Part shown: positions 19,001 to 27,165 of the stretch, one piece after another
How the letters are laid out: each line of letters opens with the position of its first letter
How positions within the stretch are numbered: position 1 is the first letter of the stretch
IMG/VR virus record: IMGVR_UViG_3300006167_000001
Source of the DNA: a virus
Taxonomy: Duplodnaviria > Heunggongvirae > Uroviricota > Caudoviricetes
Strand: one strand, 5' to 3'
Length of the DNA: 33,456 bases
Notes under the pieces: model-generated
Databases searched by the model: none
The model's input: only the letters and a program-made list of their open reading frames with translations
Told to the model about the DNA's origin: nothing
Program-made: the position numbers and the translations under genes

Positions 19001-20213
19001 CGCCGACAGCCTGTACAAGGCATACGGACTCTTCGATGCGGTTTCGGAAAAGGAGGAGGTCAGCGGCGAGGAGCTGATGGGCAACCTGATGGACCAGGTC
19101 CATGAGTTTGAGAGCTGGCGGGATACGCTGGACGCTCTGTCCGCCCGTGGCCTGGATCCTGGCCTGGTGGAGGAGTTGCAAGAGATGGGCCCCTCCGCCA
19201 TTGCCCAGCTGAAGGCCCTCAATTCCATGAGTGACTCCGAGCTGGAGAAGTACGCCTCCCTCTGGGGTATCAAGCACGCCCTGGCCCGCCGGCAGGCGAC
19301 GGAGGAGCTGGAGGGGCTTCGCATTGAGACCAACAGCAAAATCGCTGGCCTCCGTCAGGAAGCCGCCGCCGAGCTGGATGAGTACCGGGCAGTGTGGCAG
19401 CAGCAGATGTCCGAGCTGGAGTCCACCACCGCACAGCAGCTGGAGGACCTGAAAACTACCTTTGAGAGGACCGTTGGTATTCTTCCGGAGTATACGGAGG
19501 CCGATTTCTCTGAGATGGTGGAGACGGCAAACAGCATTCTCGGCCAGGCCGGATGGACAGAGCTGGGGGAGCAGATCGTGGCAGGTCTCTCTAACGGCAT
19601 TGAGGCGCAGAAGGCAGGATTTGTGCAGGGCCTTACTGACCTTGCCAACGCCGGGGTAGCTGCTGTCAAGACCACCTTAGACATCCACTCTCCGTCCGGT
19701 GTATTTGAGGAGCTGGGTAATTTCACAGGCATGGGCTTTGTGAACGCGCTGTCCAATTATGCGAACAAGTCCTATGACGCTGGGCGGAATGTGGCGGAGA
19801 GCGCCAAAGACGGTTTGGCCTTCGCCGCCAACGCTGTGTCCGGTATTCTGGAGCGGGACCCTGAGCCGGTGATCCGTCCGGTACTGGATCTGAGCGATCT
19901 GGAGGCCGGGTCCCGGAAATTGGATACGCTCTTCTCCAGAGAGTACGCTCTGCAAATTCAAAATGCGGGATACTCCCGGAACCAACTGGACGGGATCAGC
20001 AGCTTGACCGATACGCTGCGGGATGGGCTATCCTCCGGGGATGACCGGATCGTAAACGCCATCCAGGATCTGCGCAGCGATATGGCCGCCCTGTCCGAGC
20101 GGGTAGGACAGATGCAGATGGTGCTGGATACGGGAGCCCTGGTGGGCGAAATCACCCCGGCCATTGACCAGGAGCTGGGGGATCGGGCAAACTGGAGAGG
20201 GAGGAACATGTAG
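13056..20213 (+). CDS. Tape measure protein (2385 aa)
   Basis: GTG start with RBS GGGAGG. N-terminal tape-measure domain (LNRYADMTIYNFTEMT...AMYQLSQALAAGTVKLQDWNSVVNAG), long Ala/Gly-rich amphipathic repeats, HSPS motifs near the C-terminus. Confidence 0.93.
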   Translation: MSTKTVEERVLAMRFDNAQFERGICKTMSSVKNFKRELDMDGAARGFGALDRAVDAVRVRFSALEVMGVTALANITNSAVNAGKRVVKALTLDPVKSGFDEYETQINAVQTILANTSGKGTTLEQVNAALDELNRYADMTIYNFTEMTRNIGTFTAAGVDLETSVGAIKGIANLAAVSGSTSQQASTAMYQLSQALAAGTVKLQDWNSVVNAGMGGQVFQDALKDTARVHGIAIDQMIADQGSFRETLQKGWLSSDILTETLKKFTGDLTKAQLLEMGYTEAQTAAILEMGKTASDAATKVKTFTQLIDTTKEAVQSGWTESWETIIGDFEEAKGLWTRISDVLSEMINASSSARNELLSGGLDSGWSQFLNEGITDAVAFKESIMEAALAHGVAVGDLASNTDSFEDSLKQGWLTADILSESLESLTQKTRGLSSEELKSLGLNTEQAEALDRLNQSVKDGTVNIEDYAKQIGRLSGRENLIAAFWNTWDALFAVPKEAGDLAGFFSTVQTAYREIFPATTSEQLYQFTENLKNLTEKFKMSEETAKNVRNTFKGFFALLDIGKQGLSAMVRVVSPLFGGLGKLSGGILGVTGSFGEWLVDLDQAVQKGSTFNSAVERTSEYVSAATEAVEDFISGIREKFSAPGFELFHTILERVHARLSQIGAEAGDMESGFTSACNVMGSALENSNFFKLLNSLWEFTKTIGGGAAKALGDLTSGLSEKLSNANFSGVLDLLNGLSLGGIAFSVSKFLTNVSEPIEGFTNILDGVRGSLEAFQTQLKAGTLLKIASAMGLLTVSIVALSLVDSDKLSISIGAMAVMFAELIGAMAVMNKIGGSIKGTTRAYTSMIAMSAAISILAGAAKKLSGMDLGGLAVGLAGVGGLLAEVDVFLNTAKFSGKTVGTATGVLILSGAIKVLASACGDFGSMDLGQIGKGLAGIGGLLAEVSLFTNLAGNTKHSVASGLAMIEIAAAMKIFALAVSSFGGMDLGRLGIGLSAIGAALAEVAIAANLMPKNIAGVGVGLIAVGGALEIMAHVLGTLGGLSWGQVAVGLTAMGVALAELAISLNLMKGTLGGSAAMVVAAGAVAILTPALSMLGAMSWQSLAKGLISIAGAFGVIGIAGAVLTPLIPSILALAGSFALIGAGVLGVGAGLLAAGAGLSALAVGLTAFAAAGTAGATAIVAALSVIVVGVAGMIPAVISQIGEGIVVFCEVISSAAPAIAEAFLTLITVGLSALATYTPQISDSLLKILIGVLNSLADNMPDLIQAGVNLFSSLFRGVADALGGMDVNTLILGAAGIGLLSGMMVALGAVAGLVPGAMAGAAGLGMVVAELALIFAAIGAFAQIPGLNWLIGEGGKLLENIGVAIGSFFGGIAGGFMGGVSSQFPKIGSDLSGFMTNARPFIEGASRIDASMMDGVKALAEAILLLTGADILSGIASWLTGGSSLGDFAEELVPFGKAMAEYSQAVSGKVNPEVVAASANAARTLTELARSLPNTGGLVSWITGDNNIASFGKNLADFGNQMGVYYENISSIDSRKLSGVTETLQSIVRIAQDTQTLDTWGLRNFGASLAALGDMGVDGFISAFDGAELPVKEAGKTLASNLETGIRLVTPNFQKAGQDAAQGFISGIRGKMGAVSNAGMDMGRTVVSATRKALDSHSPSVEEYEAGQDAGEGLRLGIQDSGKNVADAASTVAAGAVDATKSALSSIVPDEWLGKTAKAVEDVGKTETKTAQETASAVQKSSKAKTQAAKSAYEAFLDYIEEERYYNRLTTEEELAQYKKVRDTYVLNAEERKKVNREVYRLEQELRDAAYQHSMDWIEQEKYYQRLSLEEELAAYERVQARHKQGTEEWKKLEREKYRVQNELAEAAYQHSMDWIEQEEAYDRLGTAAKLAAYTRVQQRYAKGTDKRKQLDREVYNLQKQLWQAQKDYYADVEKVQSDYHEKRLSLEQEYADKVKSVNEQLEKDIQDLNDAYASALDSRADSLYKAYGLFDAVSEKEEVSGEELMGNLMDQVHEFESWRDTLDALSARGLDPGLVEELQEMGPSAIAQLKALNSMSDSELEKYASLWGIKHALARRQATEELEGLRIETNSKIAGLRQEAAAELDEYRAVWQQQMSELESTTAQQLEDLKTTFERTVGILPEYTEADFSEMVETANSILGQAGWTELGEQIVAGLSNGIEAQKAGFVQGLTDLANAGVAAVKTTLDIHSPSGVFEELGNFTGMGFVNALSNYANKSYDAGRNVAESAKDGLAFAANAVSGILERDPEPVIRPVLDLSDLEAGSRKLDTLFSREYALQIQNAGYSRNQLDGISSLTDTLRDGLSSGDDRIVNAIQDLRSDMAALSERVGQMQMVLDTGALVGEITPAIDQELGDRANWRGRNM
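18315..18836 (+). repeat. Three tandem 58-aa (174-bp) repeats inside the tape measure
   Basis: Units start at 18315 (AYEAFLDYIEEERYY), 18489 (AYQHSMDWIEQEKYY) and 18663 (AYQHSMDWIEQEEAY), with an exact 174-nt period. Confidence 0.85.
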
Positions 20214-20214
20214 C

Positions 20215-20970
20215 ATGTACCATTCGATTACCTTCGGAGAGAAGAATACCTGGGATGACTGGCGTCTGGTTTCTCCCGTTCTCCCGTCCTTCGCCCCGCC
20301 TACGCAGAAGACCACCTATCTGGATATTCCGGGGGCCAGCGGCGTCATTGACCTGAGCGAGATGCTGACCGGCTATCCGATTTTCAACAACCGGGAGGGC
20401 TCCTTCGAGTTTCTGCGGCTTAATGGTTACGAGTCCTGGCAGGATATTTACTCCGCCATCGCCGACTACCTCCATGGCCGCGCCATGCGCTGTTATCTGG
20501 AGGATGATCGGAACTGGTTCTATGAGGGGCGTTTTTTTATCAAGGACTGGAAAAACACCACCCCATGGACCACCGTGACCATCGGATACAACGTCGGCCC
20601 CTACAAGTGGTCTGTACGGAAGACCTGCGACGACTGGCTGTGGGACCCCTTCAACTTCCAGAATGGGGTGATTACAGCCGCGTTCTTCAAAAACATCCGC
20701 ATCACCAGCGGCGGGGCATGGACCCGGAAGACCTTTCCGCCGGAGCTAGTAGGCTCAGCGCCGGTATGCCCCTCCTTCGCCATTCAGGGGACCGGGAGCG
20801 CCGGTATGGACATCCGGTTTGTAAACCCCACGGTCCATATCGACGCCACCCGGCATCTCCGGGACGGCATCCATCAGATCCCTGATTTTCTCTTTGTCGG
20901 GGGGAGGGAGACCCTGTATTTCAAGGGAAACGGGACAGTCTCCATTGACTTTCACCAGGGGAGGTTATAA
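20215..20970 (+). CDS. Distal tail protein (Dit)
   Basis: ATG 20215, right after TMP. Starts MYHSITFGEKNTWDDW...IPGASGVIDLSE...NREGSFEF, a typical Dit N-terminus. Confidence 0.75.
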   Translation: MYHSITFGEKNTWDDWRLVSPVLPSFAPPTQKTTYLDIPGASGVIDLSEMLTGYPIFNNREGSFEFLRLNGYESWQDIYSAIADYLHGRAMRCYLEDDRNWFYEGRFFIKDWKNTTPWTTVTIGYNVGPYKWSVRKTCDDWLWDPFNFQNGVITAAFFKNIRITSGGAWTRKTFPPELVGSAPVCPSFAIQGTGSAGMDIRFVNPTVHIDATRHLRDGIHQIPDFLFVGGRETLYFKGNGTVSIDFHQGRL

Positions 20971-23192
20971 TGTACAGCATTTATTCGGACGGCATCTGCA
21001 TCCACGAGGACATCTACTCCATGCCGGAGTACAAGGTGGTGGGAGCCAAGCTGACCCTGGAGGAGAACGCCGCCGGGTCTCTCACCCTGACCATCCCGCC
21101 CCAGAATGTGGGCTACACAACTGTGAAGCGGCTCTCCTCCGCCATCAGCGTGCGCCGGGAGGGGGAGGAGATCTGGTCTGGCCGGGTGGTGGACGAGAAG
21201 GAGGACTTCTGGAAACGGCGGATCCTCACCTGCGAAGGGGAGCTGGGCTATCTCAACGACAGCGTACAGCCCCCTGCGGAGTACACGGGTCTGACTGTGA
21301 TCGGCTTTCTCAATCAGCTTCTGAACGTCCACAATTCAAAATGCAAAGAACAATTCCGCCTGGGGGCTGTCACCATGACGGACGACGGCCATACATACAC
21401 CTGGCGAACCAACTACGAGACCACCATGCAGTGCGTCAGCGAGAAGCTGGTAGGGGTATTCGGCGGCCGGGTCCGTGTCAGAAAGGTGGATGGCGTCCGC
21501 TATTTGGACTACCTGGCCGAATACCCCAACACCAACAGCCAGATTGTGGAGTTCGGGAAAAACCTCCTGGATTTCACAAAGACCTGGGATCTGACGGAGC
21601 TGGCGACGGTGGTTATTCCCAGGGGAAAGAAGCTGGACAAATCCCCCATCAAGGATATGGACGCCTATACCACCGTGGAGAGCGTCAACGGCGGTTCCAT
21701 CTATGTGGCCGCTGATACGATCGCCCAGTTCGGACGGATCGAGCAGGTGGTGGACTGGCCGGATGTTTCGGACCCTGCCCAGCTGCTGGAGAAAGCCCGG
21801 GAATACCTGCGGGAGAGCCAGTTTGAGAACCTGGTGCTGGAGGTCTCCATGGTGGACCTGCACCTGATGAGCGGCAGCACGGAGCCAGTGGCTATTCTGG
21901 ACCAGCTCCAGTGCCGTTCCTATCTTCACGGCATGGACAAGGTGTTTCCCGTAACCAAGATCGTTCTACCTTTGGACCATCCGGAGCAGGCGAAATACAC
22001 CCTGGGCAAGAGTGAGCGCATGAGCCTGACGGAGAGCACCAACAAGGCCAGCTCCGCTATTCTGGAGAGGATCGAGGCTCTACCAACCAAGGAGAGTATT
22101 CTGGACGAGGCCCGGAAAAATGCCGACGCGATCATGAATATGGCCACCAACGGCTACATCACCATCACAAAGGGGGAGCACGGCACCAATGAGCTCTATA
22201 TCTCCGATACCAGAAATTACAAGGACGCCACCCGTTACTGGCGATGGAACCTCAACGGCTTGGCCTACTACGACAAAAACAATCCCCGGTATAACAACGC
22301 CAACAGTCTGGTGGCCGCTATCACCATGGACGGAGCTATTGTCGCCAACTTCATTACCGTCGGCACCATGAGCGCGGACAGGGTCCGTACTGGAATACTG
22401 GAGTCCGTCAATAAAAATACCATCTTCAATCTGGATACCGGCGAGCTGACCATGGAGGCGGGTTCTATCAATATCGGCAATAATTTTATTGTTGATAAGG
22501 AGGGAAACCTGACCGCCCGGCGGGGTACCTTCGCCGGTGAGCTGGTGGCAGTAAAAGGCACCTTCGCCGGTGTTGTCCAGGCGGAGGACTTTCTGGACAA
22601 GTACGGCCACAGCATGATGGACGGAATGAAGTTCTCCTCCGAATACCTGGATCTGTATGGTCTGACAGTGCGCCGGCGGGACAACAATCAGGTTTCATTC
22701 CAGATCACCGAGAATGGGGCGGTCTCCATCAACGGCAACGTCACCATGGGGGCTGGGAGCTCCATCAACTGGGCTCAGGTGGGAAACTACAATCTGGACT
22801 ACAATCCCGCCTACAATCTGGCCGCCACCGCCAACGGCGCGGCCGCGCGTGCCGAGTCCGCTGCTGGTGCCGCAAAGGATCTGGCAGCCAGGATCGCCAA
22901 TGGCGAGTATATCGGGGGGACGTTCATCAACGGCAATACCGTGGCGTCGCCAACACTGGCCGGCAACATCGTCGTGGGCGGCACCTTTATCGGCCAGACA
23001 TTTCAGGTACTGGCGGACAGGTCAGGGTCCTTTGTACTGAGTACGGACTCCTATGGTCCTGTTTTGACCATCAATTACCGTGATATGGGCGGCTTTGGTC
23101 CGGAGGCGATTATTCGTGGAAATGGCGGCACGCTGACCTTCTCCAACTGGGCCCATATTGTCGGGCTGGACTCAACCGCTACATTTGCGTAG
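20970..23192 (+). CDS. Tail-associated (Tal / prophage-tail-type) baseplate hub protein with C-terminal beta-rich extension
   Basis: 740 aa after Dit. LTLEENAAGSLTLTIPP...EEIWSGRV...EFGKNLLDF...LATVVIPRG, followed by Gly/Asn/Thr-rich repeats. Confidence 0.75.
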   Translation: MYSIYSDGICIHEDIYSMPEYKVVGAKLTLEENAAGSLTLTIPPQNVGYTTVKRLSSAISVRREGEEIWSGRVVDEKEDFWKRRILTCEGELGYLNDSVQPPAEYTGLTVIGFLNQLLNVHNSKCKEQFRLGAVTMTDDGHTYTWRTNYETTMQCVSEKLVGVFGGRVRVRKVDGVRYLDYLAEYPNTNSQIVEFGKNLLDFTKTWDLTELATVVIPRGKKLDKSPIKDMDAYTTVESVNGGSIYVAADTIAQFGRIEQVVDWPDVSDPAQLLEKAREYLRESQFENLVLEVSMVDLHLMSGSTEPVAILDQLQCRSYLHGMDKVFPVTKIVLPLDHPEQAKYTLGKSERMSLTESTNKASSAILERIEALPTKESILDEARKNADAIMNMATNGYITITKGEHGTNELYISDTRNYKDATRYWRWNLNGLAYYDKNNPRYNNANSLVAAITMDGAIVANFITVGTMSADRVRTGILESVNKNTIFNLDTGELTMEAGSINIGNNFIVDKEGNLTARRGTFAGELVAVKGTFAGVVQAEDFLDKYGHSMMDGMKFSSEYLDLYGLTVRRRDNNQVSFQITENGAVSINGNVTMGAGSSINWAQVGNYNLDYNPAYNLAATANGAAARAESAAGAAKDLAARIANGEYIGGTFINGNTVASPTLAGNIVVGGTFIGQTFQVLADRSGSFVLSTDSYGPVLTINYRDMGGFGPEAIIRGNGGTLTFSNWAHIVGLDSTATFA

Positions 23193-23200
23193 GAGGAAAT

Positions 23201-23797
23201 ATGGCAAGTTTTACCTACTCATGCACAGCCCTCTCCGTATCCATTACGGTTCGTGGTATTTCCAGCGGGGATACGGTCCGCTTTTACGTGCGCAGAAACC
23301 CCGGCTCAGCGGTTGTTGTGGATGAGCAGTACCGATCCTCCGGCTCGTCTTTGACCAAAACTTTCGCCGGGCTCAGCGCATCCACCGGATATGCAGTCAA
23401 CGCCGGCGTTGTCTCCGGCGGCAGTACGGCCTGGATCGGCGCACAGACATTTACTACCCCCAGTCAGAGCGGCGGAGGCGATACCAAGCCGAGGCCCAAC
23501 AACTGGTATTGGCAGAGCGTTGTCAGCAGTGGTGCAACAATCTCTCTTTCCGCCAGCGAGTGGAACGCCTTTTGCGACAGGATCAACGCGTTTCGGGAGT
23601 ATGCGGGTCTCTCTGCGTACTATTTTACCAGTGTCTATCGCGGACTGCCGATTTCTGCCGCTATTGTCAATCAGGCCCGGGACGCCATAGCCGCCGTCAA
23701 CTCCGCCAGAGGAGTGCCTGCCAGAGTGTACAGCGGCGACACCATCAGCGCGGCTTTCTTCCAAAACCTGCAAAGTGCGCTGAATTCTATCAGCTAG
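23201..23797 (+). CDS. Tail tip protein with FN3/Ig-like N-terminal domain
   Basis: RBS AGGAGG. SLTKTFAGLSASTGYAVNAGV resembles the FN3 'tgL.p.t.Y.v.v' motif. C-terminus has repeated ISAA..(N/Q) helices. Confidence 0.5.
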   Translation: MASFTYSCTALSVSITVRGISSGDTVRFYVRRNPGSAVVVDEQYRSSGSSLTKTFAGLSASTGYAVNAGVVSGGSTAWIGAQTFTTPSQSGGGDTKPRPNNWYWQSVVSSGATISLSASEWNAFCDRINAFREYAGLSAYYFTSVYRGLPISAAIVNQARDAIAAVNSARGVPARVYSGDTISAAFFQNLQSALNSIS

Positions 23798-23808
23798 AAG
23801 GGAGCAGT

Positions 23809-24189
23809 ATGAAAAAGACATTCAACAATCTGGAGATGGTGGCGATGGTCCAGGAGCTTCGGCCGCTGCTGTCCCACAGGGATATTGTCGGCTACGCGGC
23901 CGCCAGAAATACCCGCGTTCTCTCCCGGTCTCTTACGGAGTATACGGCTTTCAGGGACCGTCTCGTGGAGAAATACGGAGAACCGGAGACGGATGGTGAC
24001 GCCGGCAGGGAGACTGGCCGGATCGTTCTCAAAATGGATTCTCCGAAGTTTCAGGAATTTCTCAACGAGCTGGAGCCGTTCAATGTCATGGAGCATGAGG
24101 TAGAGCTGATGACGCTGAAATACGGCGATGTGATTGGCGCCCTGTCCGGCGAGGAAATTCTGAGCATCGACTGGATGCTGGAGGACTAG
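23809..24189 (+). CDS. Hypothetical tail-region protein (126 aa)
   Basis: Start at ATG 23809 (RBS AAGGGAG); tightly packed between tail genes. Confidence 0.6.
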   Translation: MKKTFNNLEMVAMVQELRPLLSHRDIVGYAAARNTRVLSRSLTEYTAFRDRLVEKYGEPETDGDAGRETGRIVLKMDSPKFQEFLNELEPFNVMEHEVELMTLKYGDVIGALSGEEILSIDWMLED

Positions 24190-24199
24190 GAGGGGCGAT

Positions 24200-25147
24200 A
24201 TGGCAAACGTATCCACCTATCTGGCGAAAATCCTTGCCGCTGTCTACGGTGAGGAGGTCCGTCAGTCCATTCATGACGCGATTGCCGCGATGAATGTCGA
24301 GTCCTCCCAGGCTATTCAGGACTCATCCAATGCGAAGAATTCCGCTATGGCCTATGCCGCACAGGCCGGTCAGTCAGCTTCTGCGGCTGCTGGAAGCGCT
24401 TCTGCCGCCCACGCCTCGGAGACAAAAGCGAAGCAGTCCGAGACGGCTGCCAAGGCGTCGGAAACTGCGGCTGCCGTCAGCGCGGGCAGTGCGGCACAGA
24501 AGGCCGGCGAAGCTGCCGGGTCTGCATCCGCTGCAAAGCAGTCCGAGACAGAGGCCGCTCGGTTTGCAGCAAACGCGGTGCAAATGGCAGGTGATGCGCA
24601 GGATTCGGCGATACTCGCTCTCGCAGCAGAGCAGTCTGCGCTGGCTGCGGCACGCACGGCTGGGGACAGGGCTTCTGAGGCAGCTGTCTCAGCGGCGGCA
24701 GCCCGGGAGCACCAGGTCAGCGCATCGGCTTCTGCGGAAGCTGCCGCGCAGAAGGCAGCTGATGCGGACAGCTCTGCTAAGCTGGCTCTGCGGTCGGAAG
24801 AGAATGCGCTCAAGAGCCAGACAGAGGCAAAAGCGTCTGAAATCAGCGCGGCCGCTTTCGCGGAGCAGGCCAGGCAGTCTGAAACCTCTGCCGGAGATTA
24901 CGCGCAGACGGTGCTGGAGAAGCTGACGGCGCTGACGGACTATGCTAAGCTTCTGGAGTCTATACGGACGCTTCTGTCTGATTACACCTATGAGCAGATC
25001 CTGCGGGACGCTGGCAACGATCCTGTGCTGGACAGCAACGGGGAGACCATTGGCGTGAAGGCCATTGGATTTGAGGCGTTCATCCAGGTGGTGTTCGAGC
25101 TGGTGGAGCGGGTAGAAGCTCTGGAGGCCATCGTGGGCAATACATAA
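24200..25147 (+). CDS. Tail fibre-like protein with Ala/Ser-rich coiled repeats
   Basis: RBS AGGAGGGG. ASETKAKQSETAAKASETAA-type repeats as in lambda Stf-like fibres; C-terminal coiled coil. Confidence 0.65.
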   Translation: MANVSTYLAKILAAVYGEEVRQSIHDAIAAMNVESSQAIQDSSNAKNSAMAYAAQAGQSASAAAGSASAAHASETKAKQSETAAKASETAAAVSAGSAAQKAGEAAGSASAAKQSETEAARFAANAVQMAGDAQDSAILALAAEQSALAAARTAGDRASEAAVSAAAAREHQVSASASAEAAAQKAADADSSAKLALRSEENALKSQTEAKASEISAAAFAEQARQSETSAGDYAQTVLEKLTALTDYAKLLESIRTLLSDYTYEQILRDAGNDPVLDSNGETIGVKAIGFEAFIQVVFELVERVEALEAIVGNT

Positions 25148-25162
25148 CAAGGAGAATGCGAT

Positions 25163-26584
25163 ATGAAAATCATAGATTATGAGAAGGTCAAGCGGGTTGG
25201 CGCCAACGATGTGCTGCTGCTTGATGGTGAAAACGGAACCAAGACCATCCTGGCGTCTGACTTGGCCGTGGCTTTGATTGACCTGCTGCGTTCGGAGGAT
25301 TTTATCTCCGGTCTGACCATGACGGATCTGACTGCGACCGAGGGCCTTTCGGCAGAGAACATGCTCCTGGTGGGTACGGAAGACGGGAATAAGGCTATCC
25401 CGGCGGATGCTCTGGCTAAGGGGCTGATTACGCTTCTGAGCTCGGAGGAGTTTATTTCCGGCCTTGCGATGGCTGATCTTTCCGCCATCAACACAATTCC
25501 CGCTACAGACCGGCTGCTGGTAGGTACCAACGCCGGCAATAAGGTTATCACTGCGGCCAATCTGGCCAAGAGTCTGGTTGCGGCCTTGAGCTCGGATGAC
25601 TTTATCTCCGGTCTGACCATGAGTGAGCTGACAGATGTCACGACACTGTCAGCGGACAACAACATTCTGGTAGGAACCGCAGACGGTAACCGAGCAATGA
25701 CTGCTTCCAATCTGGCCAAGGCTGTGGTCAGCCTGCTCAGTGCGGGGGACTTTATCGCGGGGGTAAAAATGGCCGATATTCCCCAGGTCAGCGTCATTTC
25801 CGCTGCGGACAGACTGCTTGTCGGCACGGCTGCCGGCAACAAAGCCATCAATGCCAGCGATGCATTCTTCTCTATGCTGGACACGTTCATTGCGCCTGAG
25901 CAGCGTCGAATGACCTTCCGAGGGAAAAACCTTGGCGGCGCGGTCACGACAGCACAGAAGGCGGCCATCCGGGACGGCTCCTTTAAGGGACTCTTCCTCG
26001 GGGACTACTGGGTTATCAACAACGTTACCTGGCGGATTGCCGATTTCGATTACTGGGTCAACTGCGGCGATACTGCCGCGCCGCCCCACCATCTGGTCAT
26101 TGTGCCGGACACGGCCCTTTACAACCATGTGATGAACGACACCCATACCACCGAGGGCGGCTATACCGGCTCCAAGATGCGCATTGAGGGGCTGAACGCG
26201 GCGAAGACCACCATTGTCGCCGCCTTTGGTGATATGGTGCTGACGCACAGGGAAAACCTGGTAAACTCTGTGGCGGATGGGAGACCGTCCGGATGCCCGT
26301 GGACGGACTCCAGCGTGGAGATCATGAGCGAGATCATGGTGTATGGCTGTCACCACTTCGCTCCCACTTCGGACGGAACGATTGTCCCCGGCAACTGGAC
26401 CATCAGCAACTCCCAGTTGGCGCTGATGGCGGTGTGTCCCCGCTTCATCAAGACGAGGCAGGATTACTGGCTTCGTGATGTTGTGTCGGCGGCTAACTTC
26501 GCCCTTGTCGGCTGGGGTGGTTCCTCGGACTGCCGTGGCGCGGCGAGCTCTGTTGGGGTTCGTCCGGCATTCCCTGTTGGTTAG
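25163..26584 (+). CDS. DGR target: putative receptor-binding protein with 50-aa repeats and a C-terminal CLec-fold-like variable domain
   Basis: RBS AAGGAG. C-terminal YWLRDVVSAANFALV...GVRPAF contains the VR that matches the TR except at adenines. Confidence 0.88.
   Translation: MKIIDYEKVKRVGANDVLLLDGENGTKTILASDLAVALIDLLRSEDFISGLTMTDLTATEGLSAENMLLVGTEDGNKAIPADALAKGLITLLSSEEFISGLAMADLSAINTIPATDRLLVGTNAGNKVITAANLAKSLVAALSSDDFISGLTMSELTDVTTLSADNNILVGTADGNRAMTASNLAKAVVSLLSAGDFIAGVKMADIPQVSVISAADRLLVGTAAGNKAINASDAFFSMLDTFIAPEQRRMTFRGKNLGGAVTTAQKAAIRDGSFKGLFLGDYWVINNVTWRIADFDYWVNCGDTAAPPHHLVIVPDTALYNHVMNDTHTTEGGYTGSKMRIEGLNAAKTTIVAAFGDMVLTHRENLVNSVADGRPSGCPWTDSSVEIMSEIMVYGCHHFAPTSDGTIVPGNWTISNSQLALMAVCPRFIKTRQDYWLRDVVSAANFALVGWGGSSDCRGAASSVGVRPAFPVG
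25301..25900 (+). repeat. Four tandem 50-aa (150-bp) repeats in the DGR target
   Basis: FI(S/A)G..M..L.......A....LVGT..GN(K/R) units start at 25301, 25451, 25601 and 25751. TTTATCTCCGGTCTGACCATG is identical at 25301 and 25601. The fourth unit diverges at its 3' end. Confidence 0.85.
26484..26567 (+). repeat. DGR variable repeat (VR)
   Basis: 84 bp collinear with TR 27665-27748; 15 mismatches, all opposite TR adenines. Confidence 0.97.
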
Positions 26585-26591
26585 TAAATCT

Positions 26592-26608
26592 CGGGGCCTT
26601 GTGCCCCG
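26592..26608 (+). other. GC-rich hairpin downstream of VR/IMH (DGR target-recognition element)
   Basis: CGGGGC-CTTGT-GCCCCG, just after the target stop codon. Analogous to the hairpin/cruciform downstream of IMH in Bordetella phage BPP-1. Confidence 0.7.
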
Positions 26609-26635
26609 CGGCGATTTTGAGAAGGAGCATTCAAA

Positions 26636-26944
26636 ATGGATGAAAAAACCTACGCCATTACCCTGGCCGACGGCACTGCGCTTACCGGCCTGCGGCTGAA
26701 CGGCAACAACTATATTTCCGATGCGGAGATCACTCCCGCTATGTTCGCCGGCAACTGCTCTCCTGTGGTTATCAGCGACGGCGAAAACGAAGAAACCCAC
26801 GACAACATGAAGCTGATCCAGATCACCCATGTGGATGAGGAATACTGGTTTGTCCTGCTGGACGTCCCGGAAAGCGAGCTCCGGCGGCTGAAGATGCAGT
26901 CCGATCTGGAGTACCTGGCCATGATGACCGGCGTGGAACTGTAA
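26636..26944 (+). CDS. Hypothetical protein (possible fibre assembly factor)
   Basis: RBS AAGGAG; 102 aa, acidic. Ends MQSDLEYLAMMTGVEL, an ending commonly seen just upstream of XkdX genes. Confidence 0.6.
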   Translation: MDEKTYAITLADGTALTGLRLNGNNYISDAEITPAMFAGNCSPVVISDGENEETHDNMKLIQITHVDEEYWFVLLDVPESELRRLKMQSDLEYLAMMTGVEL

Positions 26945-26980
26945 AATTTTTGAAAGTTCCGTACGCAGGTGACCAAAATG

Positions 26981-26991
26981 TGTGTTACAAT
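26981..26991 (+). promoter_or_regulatory. Extended -10 promoter candidate upstream of xkdX-avd-TR-RT
   Basis: TGTG-T-TACAAT in an 80-bp intergenic gap; no canonical -35. Confidence 0.45.
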
Positions 26992-27023
26992 ACCCGAAAC
27001 TTTAGAAAGGAACTGGTAAGACT

Positions 27024-27164
27024 ATGGAACACAGCAGCAACTATGAAAAGGTCCGGGGCTACTATAGCATGAAGCTGTGGACTGAGACCCGGGTGCGCAA
27101 TGCCGTCAAGATGGGCTGGATCACCCAGGCGGAGTTTGAGGAGATTACCGGAAAGGCGTATTGA
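27024..27164 (+). CDS. xkdX: XkdX-family small protein (46 aa; absent from the ORF track)
   Basis: Manual translation MEHSSNYEKVRGYYSMKLWTETRVRNAVKMGWITQAEFEEITGKAY; RBS GAAAGGA. Classic 'vk.yY...lW....v..aV..gwIT.eey.eITG..Y' pattern. Confidence 0.85.
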   Translation: MEHSSNYEKVRGYYSMKLWTETRVRNAVKMGWITQAEFEEITGKAY

Positions 27165-27165
27165 T

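Noticed and set aside
24290-24900. Ala-rich low-complexity repeats as a novel repeat element
   Set aside because: Ordinary Stf-like fibre coiled repeats, explained by the protein.
20970-25147. A second DGR target (VR) in other tail genes
   Set aside because: I found no second match to the TR core (GTCGGCGGCTAACTTCGCC or GGGGTTCGTCCGG) by eye. Remote targets outside the window cannot be excluded.
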